A stretch of 64,000 nucleotides of DNA from Caecitellus pseudoparvulus (Eukaryota; Protista; Bigyra: Bicosoecida): positions 1 through 64,000 of the forward strand of contig CBFFRQ010000200.1 of NCBI GenBank assembly GCA_965644315.1. The letters are read 5' to 3'. Made by a program: the position numbers and the translations under genes. The notes below the pieces were generated by a model, which saw only the letters and a list, made by a program, of their open reading frames with translations, was not told where the DNA came from and did no database searches. Positions 22,643 to 35,100 of the stretch are shown piece after piece. The first letter of the stretch is position 1, and each line of letters opens with the position of its first letter.

Positions 22643-23300
22643 GGCTGGCCCCCCTGCACACGCGCTGTCACCGCAGGAGACGATGAAAGGATATTCGCGT
22701 GCACTCAGGTGTCCCAAAGACGTGATTTTTGCACAAATCGATCAAGTCCCTTTGGACGTAGCGTATGAAACTAAATTTAGATTATCGCTCTATGTTTCCT
22801 TCACCTGACATCCTTCGCAGGCCGGAACTTGTCCATAGCGGACGACGTGGCTAAGCACGTACTGTCGGATTGTCCACGCAACACGTGAGCTGCTGATCCT
22901 GAAAGCTTGTTCCAGCGGACATGCACGGCTGCCGGTGCTGGCATCCACCGCGATCGCGACCACGTGCAACTCACGCCACGGTGCAAGATTTGAAGAGAAT
23001 GCCCTCAGGGGTTCTGAAACATGAACTCGTGAGTGTGATGGCGAGTGCCTGTCACTCGTTCATGGTGGGGGGGCAGCGGCCGCGCCACAGTGCACTGGGG
23101 TGTGACGGGTTCTGCAGCACATTCCCTGCAACATCCTCTCACGAACAGCGCCCAGCCAGTTCAGGCCTGGCGGCACTTTCCCGGTGCACCGCAAAGCCCT
23201 GGAAGACGAAGCCCACTAAAGTTTGGATGGGCCCGCCCTTTCGCTTGCACGCAACTCCGTGGGCCTTTCCTTCGTTCACTCGCGAGGTGTGCTGGCTCGG

Positions 23301-26300
23301 ATGGATCCCACCAAGTCAGCGAGCCCCAGCGGCAAGTCTGAGCCGGACCCCTCCGAGCACCACTTTAGCAAATGTGCGAGGGCCTCTCACTACTTTTGCT
23401 AGCTATGCTATCGCACCTGTCGTGATTTCCCGCCTGCCGCAGTGCTGGAGCGTTCCTCGTGCTGTGGATCTGCATTGTGAGTGCGGCGTGCCTTGTCCCA
23501 AGTTCCGCTGCTGCGTCATACACACTGCTTCCGTCGCCTTGGCCCGCCTGCCTGCCCCTGAACTGTGCTGAACCAGCCTCGTCTCTTTCTTACAGTCTAT
23601 GGTTCCTGAATCCGTTGCTTCGGGCTGGAGCAGCCAAGCCTTTGGAGGCTGAGGACATCGGGCCAGTTCCGGAGGCAGATGGGGTGGAGGTGCTGTACCC
23701 AAGGTTTGTGCAGCTGTGGGAGGAGGAGAAGGCGCGTGCCGAGGCGGCGGGGGCTCCGGAGAGTGCACGCCTCACAAGGGTCCTGTGCAGCACGGTGGGC
23801 ACTTGTCGCATTGTCTCTGCCGTGCTGCTGTACGTCGTTGGCGCTTTGCTTGGCTTCGCTGGGCCGCTGCTGTTGGAGGTGCTGGTGAAGCACTTCACGC
23901 GGGAGGAAGTGCTGTCAACGCTGAACCTGTGGCTGGCTGTCTGCGCGACGCTGGTGGCCCCTGTCCTGTCGAGCGTGCTGCTGGCCCACCACAATGTCCT
24001 CGCATCACGCGCTGGCATCGGCGTGAAGACTGCGCTCAGCGTCGCCATCTTCAACAAGTCCCTGCGCATGGCATCCACGGCAGGGCGTGACACGGGCGCG
24101 ATCGTGACGCGCATGAGTGTGGACGCAGAGGCGTTTGTCCAGTTTGCCTTCTTTGCCGTGATGGTGTTCGTGTCGCCGCTGCAGATCGCCGGGGCGCTGC
24201 TGCTCATCCACGTGCAGGTTGGCGACGCCATGTTCTTCGGTCTGCTCCTGCTCCTCGCGCTGATGCCGCTGAACATCATCATCTTCACCATCCTCAAGCG
24301 AGCGCGTGACGCGTCCCTGACGCTGGCCGAGGCGCGAGTGAAGATCACCAACGAGGTCCTGCAGGGCATTCGCGTGCTCAAGTACTACGCGTGGGAAGCG
24401 GCGTTCGGCAAGCTCATCGAGGACATCCGAGACGAAGAGCTCACACACATTGCACGGGGTGCATACGCAGGGGCTGTGGGCTTTTCTGCTATCTTGCTGT
24501 CTACCCCTGTCTTGTTGCCAGTTGTCATCTTCGCTGCGTACACCCGCATGCACGACGGCGGCGTTGGGGCGGCAGATGCCACTGTGGGGGTCACCGGCAC
24601 AGTGACTGCGGGTGGAGACGTCGACTTTGACGTGACTTCATCCTCTGTTGACTTCGCGACGGAGGGCGTCTTGACTGCTGCGCGCGCCTTCACCACCATC
24701 TCCCTGCTGAACCTTCTGCGCTTCCCCTTCGCCTTCTTGCCCCTGGGCCTGCAGCAGTGGATCCAGGCTTCTGTCTCCCTGCGTCGCATTAAGGAGCTCC
24801 TGTTCCTGCCCGAAACGCAGGAGCCTTCCAAGGTGGATGCGGAGACAGTGGGCGATGCAGCCATCGTCCTGGCAGATGCCCAGTTCCGGTGGGACTCCCC
24901 CCCCAAACTCAGCCCAGGCCCGAGCGGCAAAGGTGGCAAGGAGGGCAAGCCCGGACAGCCCGCCACTGCGCCTGGCAGCAAGGCAGAGTCTGAGGATGTC
25001 AAGCAGGACGCCGGTGAGGATGGAGCCGTGGACAGCTCACCTGCTGCGCCGGCCGTGTCAGGTCCGGTGCTGTCTGGTATCAACTTGGAGGTGCGGCGTG
25101 GGGAGCTGCTGGCCATTGTGGGTGCCGTCGGCAGCGGGAAGAGCTCCATGGTGGCTGCCTTGCTTGGGGAGCTGCACCGCGAGGAGGGGGTGCACGAGAT
25201 TCACGGCAGTGTCGCATTCGCCGCGCAGCAGCCCTGGATCATCAACGCAACTTTGAAGGAGAACGTCCTCTTCGGGGATGATGCCGTGCCACCTGAGCGG
25301 TACAGGGGCACAATTTACTCCTGTGCCATGAACTCAGACCTGAAGCAGCTGCCCCGCGGGGATGCCAGTGAAATCGGCGCGCGGGGTGTGAACCTGAGTG
25401 GCGGGCAGAAAGCACGTGTGTCACTGGCACGGGCCGTGCTGTCTGACCGGGACATTGTGGTGATGGACGATGTCCTTTCGGCGGTGGATGCGCACGTTGG
25501 CAAGCACTTGTTCCACGTGTGCATTCGGGGGAGGGATGGGCCCAACCCACAGGAGGAGTCTGTGGCCATGGCCCCGCACGGCGTGACCCCCGTGGACCTC
25601 ACGGGGAAGACCCGCATCCTCGTCACCAACGCCATCAACGTCCTGCAGCACTGTGACCGTGTCGTGGTCATGGAGCCGCCGACAGCCCAGGGAGCAGCAG
25701 GCGCGGATGGCGCCGTGGCGCTGTCACCTGCCACCATCCGCGCTGTGGGCACGTATGCAGAGCTTGTGGCAGCTGGCGCCCTGCACGACCTGCAGCTGAC
25801 AGAGCTGGGGCAAGGGGCGGAGAGCGAGGGTGAGGAGGAGGAAGCAGGGGATGACGCTGGCGGCCAGGGAACTGGCGCAGCCTCCGACGCTGGGCCAGAC
25901 GCCGTGGAGGGTGGCGCAGCCCCAGGCAAGCCTGCTCCTCGACGGCGGGCATCCTCCCTGCACGAAGGGGAGAAGGCCGGGGAGGGCGAGGATCTGACGA
26001 CGCAGGAGGAGCGCGCGACGGGGCGGGTGCAGTCCGACATTTACTGCTGGTACATCTCCATGGTGGGCACGGGGGCGGTGGTGGCAATCTTGCTCGCAGC
26101 TGTTGTGGCACGAGTGGGAGAGCTGGCGGGACCGTACTGGGTCGCTGAGTGGTCGGAGGACTTCCGTGCAGCAGAAGACAGTGCCAAGGCCTCTGCCATC
26201 GCTGCAGCGACCTCGGCTGCTCAGGCAGCCGTGCGGAACATGTCCACAGGGGCTGCCATTGGCTCCACTGCGTCAGCGTCGGCATCAGCGTCTGTTGATG

Positions 26301-28066
26301 TGGACTTTGACGTGGAGTTCTACCTCATGGTGTACCTGGGCATCGGCCTAGGCTCAGTGGCCTTCATCACCCTGCGAGCTGTCATCATCGCCGTCGCGCG
26401 TCTGGCAGCGTCCAAAGTCGTGCACGGTGTGCTGTTGCAGAACGTGCTGCGTGCACCCATGGCGTTCTTCGACTCCACACCCGTCGGCCGAGTGTTGAAC
26501 CGCTTCTCTGCGGATTTGTCCAAGATTGATTCGTCCCTGGGACCTAGCTTGAGTCAGTTGCTCAGCACAGCCATGAACGTTGGCGGGGCGCTCATTGCGA
26601 TGGTGGTGTCCACTTCGGGCATTTTCGCAGCCCTTCTGGTGCCCGTCATGGTGGCATACTACTACATCCAGGGCTTTTACCGCCGCACATCGACGGAGTT
26701 GAAGCGCTTGGAGTCAGTGTCGCGGTCCCCCATTTACTCCTCCTTCTCGCAGGCGCTGGACGGCGTGTCCACCATCCGTGCGTTTGGCGCACAAGATCAG
26801 TTCCGGAGCGGGCACAAGGACCGCGTGGATGCCAACAACGCCTTCCTTCTCACGTCCATGTATGCAAGTAATTGGCTGGCTGTGCACTTGGACATGCTGG
26901 GAGCCCTTGTCACGTTCTTCATCGCCGCAGTGGCAGCTGGCACGGGGGACTTGCTGCCTGCCGGGTGGGTGGCGGTGGCCCTCACGCTGTCCTCCTCCGA
27001 GCTGACGGGCTTCCTCAAGCACATGGTGCGCATGGTGGCCGTGGTGGAGGCCGAGATGAACTCTGTGGAACGCCTCAAGGTGTATACAGAGGGCATCTCC
27101 CAGGAAGCCCCTGCTGACGAACCCAAGCTGGGTGTGGAACAGGGCGGTGAGGCTTGGCCCACTGCCGGGGAGGTGGTGTTCCAGGACCTCCGCTTGCGCT
27201 ATGGGGAGTACTACCGGGAATCAGACAAGCTGCCTGCCGGCCTGCTACCGGCGCCAGGCCCAGATGCGACGGCTGTCACTGTGGTCGACAAGGGTGACGT
27301 GGTGGACCGGCGTGGGCCGGAGGTGTTGAAGGGCGTGACGTTCACAGCTGCGCCAGGGCAGAAGGTGGGCGTCATTGGCCGCACAGGGGCAGGCAAGAGC
27401 AGCCTCATGGTGGCGTTGTTCCGCCTTGTGGAGGCGTCAGGCGGCAGCATCACCATCGACGGCGTGGACATTGCCAAGGTGGGCCTGCACACTGTCCGCA
27501 GGGCACTGGCCATCATCCCCCAGGACCCTGTCATGTTCTCCACCACCCTGCGGCAGAATCTGGACCCCTTCGAGGAGTACACAGATGCCCAGGTGTCCGA
27601 GGCACTGGAGTTGGTGGGCCTGCCCACTGCCTCCAAGTACGGTCTGGGCCACGCCATCCAGGAGGGGGGCGCGAACCTGTCGGTGGGTGAGCGGCAGCTG
27701 TGCTGCATTGCACGCGCCCTGCTGCGCAAGCCACGCATCCTGGTGCTGGACGAGGCGACGGCATCTGTGGACCAGGTCACAGACTCCCGCATCCAGACCA
27801 TGATCCGGACGCACTTTGCGACGGCGACGGTGCTCACCATCGCGCACCGCCTGGAGACCATCATGGACTACGACAAGGTGCTGGTCATGGAGGCAGGCCG
27901 CGTGGCAGAGGAGGGTACCCCTGCCGCGCTCCTGAGGTCAGGCGGGCACCTGGCCGAGATGGTGGCTGCGACAGGGGAGAGTGCCAGCGCACTGGCTGCC
28001 ATGGCCGCAGCAGCAGAGGCTGCGGCGGGGGGCGTGTCCAGCGAGGCAGTGGCAGTGGAGGCTTGA
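23301..28066 (+). CDS. ABC transporter subfamily C (MRP-like), TMD-NBD-TMD-NBD
   Basis: Walker A GAVGSGKS and GRTGAGKS; signatures LSGGQKAR and LSVGERQ; Walker B VMDD and VLDEAT. 5' model: exon 23301-23331, GC-AG intron 23332-23442, exon 23443-23476, intron 23477-23595. Confidence 0.95.
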
Positions 28067-28068
28067 GC

Positions 28069-28080
28069 AATGCATGCATT
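28069..28080. terminator. Palindromic AATGCATGCATT, candidate bidirectional 3'-end/polyadenylation signal
   Basis: Sits in the 40-bp gap between the convergent ABCC and 7TM-RGS stop codons. Confidence 0.55.
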
Positions 28081-28106
28081 GGAGCAGGCGCCGGGCTCGG
28101 TGCGGG

Positions 28107-31100
28107 TCACACGTGGCGTGCCAGGGTCACGCTGCCGCCTGCCTTCTCCGAGCCTGAAGAGGACACTGCCGGGAGCCAGCCGTGCAGGGAGCCGCCGCCG
28201 CCCGCCAGCCGCGACTTGTGCTTGGCTCTGAGCCGCAGCAGGCCCAGGCGCCGGCCCACGTCACTCTCGAACAGGGATGGAAGGACGTTCACATCCACCA
28301 GCTTCAGCACCTCCACCAGGGCTTCGTCCAGGAGGCATGCCAGGCGCAGCGTCGTGTCCAGCTGCACTTGCACCACTGCCTGTGGGTCTAAGCCTTGGCG
28401 CGAAACGGCCGCCGTCTCGGCAAGCGTGCTGGGCACCGGCGCTGTGGAGAAGACCCTTCCCCTGCGCTGGGCTGCAGGTGTGACAGCGCCCACCTGCAGC
28501 CCATCCAGGACTTCGGGTCCACACACGGCGCTGGCTTCGTGCAACGTGCGAGCACGCAGGGCGGAGGACACGTTCACCTCCAACGGCGCGCCTTGCACCA
28601 GGAAGGTCTTCAGCAGGCCCTGCACCATCTGCCGTGTGCTGGTTGGGGACAGGCGGGGCAGTGCCGCGCCGTGCTTGGTCAGCGGCGCGAAGCGCAGCTC
28701 CAAGCCACTCACCCTGCGAAGGGCTTCCCCGTACAACGCTGAGCCAATGTCAGAGATGCTGCCTGCAGGGCCAAAGGCACTCAGACTGCCTGTGCCCAAC
28801 TGGCGGGCGAGGGTGACGCCTGCCATCCAGGAGCCACCCCCCTCAACTTCGTGTCGGGGAGGGCGGCTGGACTGTGGTGAGGGTGTTGGTGGGGCTGCTG
28901 GGTTTGCAGTGGCAGCAGCCATGGCGCGGTCAGGTGAGCGAGGTGGAGCTTGGGGCTGCTGGGGGGCAGCGGGGGTGGTGGTGGCCGTGCCGCTGCCCCC
29001 GTCTGAGCTGGAAGCACCCGCTCGGTGCAGGTACTGCGGTGAAAACAGGTTCAACCCGGCAGCAAACGTCGCCCGGGCAGCTCCGGCGCCTGAGGCAGTG
29101 GGCCAGCGTGTTCTTGGCTGGGGCAGCGCTGCAGCTGCTGGGCTGGAGCTGGGAGGTAGCTTGTGCTTGTCCACGAGCCCCAACCACACACACAGCTGCG
29201 GGCTCGGCAGCACAGTCACGGGGTCTGTGGTGGATGGGGCGGAGTGCTGGCCACTTCCTGGCACGACGAACGAGTCTGACGCGGAAGACACGTCACGGGC
29301 AGCAGCCGAAAAGGCGCCGTACGCAATGGCCAGGCGGCGCTTGTACTCCCTCACGGCCACGATAAAGTCCACCAGCTCTGGGCACAGACAGGAGCGACTG
29401 TGGTGGCGGAGGATGAGACACGCTTCCGGGTGCATGATGACTGCTGGCAGGGTCCACACTGCCGCCAGGGCTTGTGGGTTGCTGCGCTTCACGCGAGCGG
29501 CCTCCCACAGACTGAGCTTGCGGGTGGCAAGGGACGCCTCCTCCTCACTGCTTTCAGATGCGGGGGAGGCGGTCCCGCCCTTGTCAGCATCGCCAGCTGC
29601 GGAGGGAGCCGCTGCCTCGTCGTCTTCTGTTGTTACACACAGCAGCCACGCCAAGCCCCGCATGAACGCAGACTCATACACACTGGAGCTGCCCGAAGTG
29701 TCCATCGCGCTCTGCACGAGAACCTCCTCATCTTCCCCGTCTGAGCCCTGTTCCGCGCCGCCTGAGCTGCTGGTCGCGTCGGCCAGCTTCTCCACAGCTC
29801 GCATGGCGTTCTGCGTCACTGACAGCAGCTGCTGCTGCGCAGGTGACAGCCGCTGCAAGAATAAGCGTACGGCGTGCACCTCCCCGTCCAGTTCTCCTGA
29901 CCGCAGGACGCTGGGCACGCACATGGGCGTGCCGTCTGTGGCACACAGCACAGCCTCCTCACTCGCATCGACAGAGTCACCTGCAGCCTCTGTGCTACCT
30001 CGACAGCAAGGACAGAACAGCGCAGGTGAGTGCTGGTGAGTCCCCAGCAGTCCCGACCACACGACACCTGCGGCTGCGTACGCGTGGAAATCACAGCAGC
30101 GCAGGGCCAGCGGCCGCCACAACACACACGGCACTTCGTCACGGCTTGTGGTGGCGGGGCCAGAGCTGTCATCCACCATGACCCCCTGCTGTACACTAGG
30201 GCCCGCTAGGTAACGGTCACCAGCTGTGTCTCCCTGTCCAGGCGCACAGCAGGTGTGTGGGGTGCAAACCCGCTGGCAGTTGCAACGGCGGCAGAGCGGA
30301 CAGGCAGCATGCAGCCCCACAGAGCAGGTGAGGCCGTCCACCGTGGAGTCATAGGCCCACCATGCGCGTGTGGGGACTCCTTCTGGGCCCTGGCACCTGC
30401 AGCACGCCGGACAGGGGCCCCTGCAGCAAGCGTGTCGCAGCCACCAAGCTACCGCATCGTGCGGCCCGCAACACGCTCCCAGCACCATGGGCGGCAGCTG
30501 GCGATAGGGCGAAAAGTGCAGCCCCGTGCCTTTCTTGGCGCCCAGCAACGCCCGCCAAGCGGCAGCGTCAAAGCTGGGCCCGGGCGCAGGCGTGGCGGTG
30601 GGTGAGGGGGGCGGTCGGAAGGCTGCAGCCACAGCGACCCCCGCTTCGTCCCGACAAGCTACGCGGAGCGCTGAGAGGCCGAGGGAGAGACGAGCATGCT
30701 GCTCCTGCAGGTGCTGGAGGCGGGGCGTGCGAGGCAGGCTCTTGGCGTCCAGGATGAAGGGCCAGTACCACGAGGCAGCCGACGCGACCATAACGAATGT
30801 GACCGTGTTCAGGATATGTGAGGGGCAGTGGTAGTTCAGCTGTCGCACAGTCGCGGAGACGGGCGCGGTGAAGGCGATGGTGAGCTGGAAGGGCACCACC
30901 ACTATCGCCACTGCCATGGTGATGGCCAGCTCCCGCGCGATGTTGTACTGGTCTGTGATGCGGTGTTGGATGAAGAGGCGCACGAGCCAGATGATGCCCC
31001 CTCCGTACACCTGTGAGGGCGGGGACCGGGGCGGGTGGTGATCCGTGGCAGTCGCAAGCAAGGTGCCCTTTGCGCGGGGAACGCACGGCCAGGGAAATGA

Positions 31101-31751
31101 AGATGGGCACCGAGTCCCAGCCGCCGAAAACGAAGCAGCTGCGCCTGTCCCAGCGACCCGCTTCCAACGACAACTGCAATGCCACACCTAAGACGCAGCA
31201 CACCAGCTGCAGCGCCAGGGCAATGTATGGATTCCTGTGCAGTGTGGCGGCAGGCAGTGAGTGCGGGAATGCGTCGCTGTAGGTGCTGGGGCAGGCGTCG
31301 CCGTGCCGCTGTGCGGCCTGCAAAACCCCGGCGAAACGCCCACTCACCAACCAGCGACTAGCCAGCCGTAACGAGGGCGAAGGCGGGGCTCAAACAGCAC
31401 CGCCAAGCGAAGTCCCCTCCAAATGTAGAACCAGCCCAGGGGCGGCACAAAGTAGGGCATGAAGAGGATGGCTCGGCAGAAGGCCGGGTGCCCAACAGCT
31501 TCATCGCCAAGCATGCCCGTGCGGGAAGCCTCGTAACTCCACACGATCACGCCCAGCGCGGCAATGTACCCGTGTGTCAGGGGCACAGACCACCACAGCC
31601 GCTTGCCTGGGTCGCACGGCAGGCGCCGCCCGCTCACCAGCGCCCGCTGGCAGCAGACATAGGCGGCAAACACGCAAGCAAACCCCGCTGTCGCAGCGAC
31701 CAGCAGCAGGAGCGTCTTCGCGGAGACGCTGGGCTGCGCAGGGGCCTCCAT
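28107..31751 (-). CDS. Multi-TM receptor-like protein with C-terminal RGS domain (7TM-RGS type)
   Basis: N-terminal hydrophobic helices across ORFs 31344/30568/28107 including DQYNIAREL. RGS-like segments EACLILRHHSRSCLCPELVDFIVAV, FLVQGAPLEVNVSSALR, LLDEALVEVLKLVDVNVLPSLFES. Two probable introns (near 31280-31347 and 31011-31105). Confidence 0.75.
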
Positions 31752-32135
31752 GGCACCGCAGAGCGAAGAGATACAAGGCGGGTGCATGGGTTGTTAGTGC
31801 GTGCGTGCGGCGCTGGGCGTCGCGGAGGCACCGCGCAGACTCCGCTGCGTGTCTCTTTCGTTTTGCGCAGCCGGCATGACAGCGCTTGATGTGCTGGGTG
31901 TGGCGCTGCGCCCATGTCACGCTCGTGGCAGCTGCACCCCCCTGCACGGGCAGGGGTGCCCCAGTCGGCCTACTATCACAATGCCGCGGGGTTGCCACAT
32001 TCGTTCTTGTTTCCATGCCTACCTTCAGGCACGGCAGGGAAGGCCAAGTTCCCGACCTCGTACTGCAGCTGTTGTTTCCTGCACACACTTCGAAGGGCCA
32101 GGCCGCAGGCCAGCCTGACGTGTCGTTTGCACAGC

Positions 32136-35100
32136 ATGGCAGCGATTCGACAGATCGCCCTGCGAGTGCTACACAGGGGCAATGGACACCTGGGATGCTT
32201 AACCCTGTGGCCTGCAGCGCTGCGAAGCCACGCTTGCCATGGTCATGTTCCGCACATGTCCACAGCAAGCGCTGCTCCTCGCAGCATGGTGCAGGTTCTG
32301 GGGGAACTGGGTCAATTCCTAAGGAATGGGAGTGCTACAAACGGAAAATGCTCAGCCCCTTCGGTTGCAGGCGTCGTGGAAGCCGCAAAGCGCTGTGACG
32401 GGCAAGGGCTCCAGGAGGCTGCGGAAATTGCGAGGCACCCCGACACGCTGGCCGCTCACCGCGTCGCAGCCCATGCCGCTGTGGCAGTGTCTGGGCTGAG
32501 GGCAGGCGCTAGCTCTACTGAACAGGCCGAGGGACTGAAGTCCATGTCTGCTCTGCTGTGGGCCATTCGTGGGGAGCGAGGGCAGTCCATGCGCAACGCA
32601 CGCTTGGCAGGCGCATTCCAAGAGGCGCTGCCCCACGCCTCGGCAGCCTTCCTGGCGCCCATCCTGGACGCCCACAGTGCAGGCGAGGGTACTTTCAACA
32701 CGCTGCAGGCTTCCCTCCGCCTCGTGCTGCCACTGCACGAAGCAGGGTCTCAGGCACCGCCTGCAACGCCAGACGACGTTTTGCAAGCTTGCTGCGTGGT
32801 GCTGGCTGAGGGCAGTGGGCACTGCCTGCCCACCGCTGCGCCTGGCACCGCCCAGGCTCTTGCACAGGACCTCATTGCGGCGGGCACGGGTCGAACCTGC
32901 GCCGCATCGTGGAGTGCCGCGGGCCTCACTGCCTGGCTGTCCGCTCTGTCAGAGCTCTCGCCACACGCCACTCCCAGCGCCCCCGCCGCAGCGGTGGAAG
33001 CAGTTGTGACTGCCGCACAGCAGCAGCCGGCGGACGTTCAGGTGGAGCACTTTGCACTGGCCGCTGCCTGCTTGGTACGAGGGGGGCTGCACACCCCCTC
33101 AACCCCCGATGCCATTGTCGAGCTGTGCACGGTGCTGGCAGAGTGGTCTGGCATCCTGCACCCACAGGGCACTGCAGCCGCTGCCCTTCGACCAGTGGAT
33201 GCCGCCGCTGCACCACACGTGTTGGGGAACCTGCTGGTGATGGCTGCAGAGGGCGCTTCAGAGAGCTCCCACGCCACACGGGCATCAGCCCTGGCTGACT
33301 CGCTGCAGCCCTTTCTGACTGCTCCCCAGGCGCCAACAGCACTGTCCCCACTGTGGGACGCTGCTTTAGGCGCGTTTGTCGCCTGGACAGCCCCCGCCCA
33401 CCTCGCTGAGCTCATGCAGACCCTGGCCAGCAGGGGCCTGCGGTGCTCCACGGCTGGCTTGCGAGCTGTCGTTGCCGCACGGGGGACAGCCAGCCAACGG
33501 GCGTTCGAGCTCAAGGCACACCTGGCCGATCCGGCGTCACTGCCCTTTCCACCTCCGGAAGGCCAAGGCGCCCTGCAAGGCGCCGCTGCAGACATTGAGG
33601 GGCAGGCCTTGGCTCCTCCGCTGCGCATGCTGCCTGAGGGGGGGGCGGGCGCAGGTGTGGCTTCGCAGGCACTTGAGAGCGGTGCAATTGGGGGCATTGA
33701 AAAGGGTTTGACGGCGGTGTTCCACCCCCCCCCTCAGAGGCAAGGGTCGAGGGGGAGTCCTGCACTGGCCCCAGTGGCCAGCGGCGGCCAACCTGCCAAG
33801 CCACCCACACCACCCCTACCCCCTGCCAAGGCGCCTCTCAGCGTCAAGTTCACCCAAGACCAGTGGCAGACAGTGCTGGCCGGCGCACTGGCCATCACTG
33901 CCCACCCCCTGGCTGTGCTGGAGGCAGCTCAGACAGAGCTGCACGGGGGATCTGAGGCCAGCGCTGATGCGCGGCTGAAGTCCACTGGCGCCACTGTGGC
34001 TGCCACTGCGCCCTGGGCAGAGGCGCAGTACTGCCAAGGCATTGCTGCCCTAGCAGTGCATGCTGGGCAGCTGGCAGTGGAGGCGGCTGTGGCGCCTGCT
34101 ACGACTGCTGCCACGACCGGACAGGGCAGCGGCGTGCCCCCCCCCTCCTCCCGCCCCACCTCCAGCACAGCCCACGCCCTGCGCCTGGGCATGCTGCCAG
34201 GACACGTGCCCTCGTGCCACAGGGGGCCTGCCAGCCAGGGCCCCTTTCCCTCTGACGCAGAGGTGTGGGCACCGGGCCTGCCTGTTGCACAGTCGCCGCC
34301 TGGTTTGGCTGCCCTGTGGGGTGGCGCCACCACCGCCCCAGAGACCGCCCTCGCCACTGACCTCCGCATTGTCCTGGCGGCGGCCGGCGCTGCCGGGGAT
34401 GTGAAGCGGGCTGTGCAGGTGGGGGATGTGCTGGGCGCCTTGCCCGGCGGCCTCACCAGTGGCGACTTCGAAGGCCTGCTGCATGCCTGTGAGCGAGCAA
34501 GGCAGCCCAACCGCGCAGATGCGCTGCTGGCAGCGATGAAGACCGCGACTGGCGGCATCACGCCCACTGCTGTCGCGAGCACTGTGGGTGCCCACCTGGA
34601 CAGTGGCAATGCGTACGCTGGAATGGCACACCTCATGACCGCGTCCACGGCAGGCATGGCCCTGCCCGAGCGTGTGTACTGGGCGGCAATGGATGCCTGT
34701 GGTGACGCAGACGCCGTGGGAGCTGTGCTGGATGCACTGCAGGCGGGTGTGGAGGCGGGGCATGCGCGCCTGGCAGCGGTGCTGGGGCGCCTACACCCGC
34801 GTGGCAACATTAACGTCACCGGGCTGGGGGGTGGCGCTGCCCGGTGTGTGGTGTGGGACACGCTGCGTGCCCTGCGGCGGGCAGCCGAGCTGGGGCAGGA
34901 CGTGCCTAGCCAGCTGCGCTTGCACCACCGGCCCCGCCAAGCTGAGCCGTTGGAGGGCACGCTGCTGTCCCTGGACCCGCCTCTGCACAGCATCCAGCGC
35001 GTGTCGGCGTCAGGCCTGCCCTACCGGTGGGTGCCTCGCGAGAGCTGGTTGGCCTGGCTCACCACCCCCGCTGCCATGGACGAGGAGGGCGAGGCCTGGG

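Noticed and set aside
22771-22780. Palindrome CTAAATTTAG in an AT-richer divergent promoter region
   Set aside because: Single 10-bp occurrence with no second copy noticed; not distinguishable from chance.
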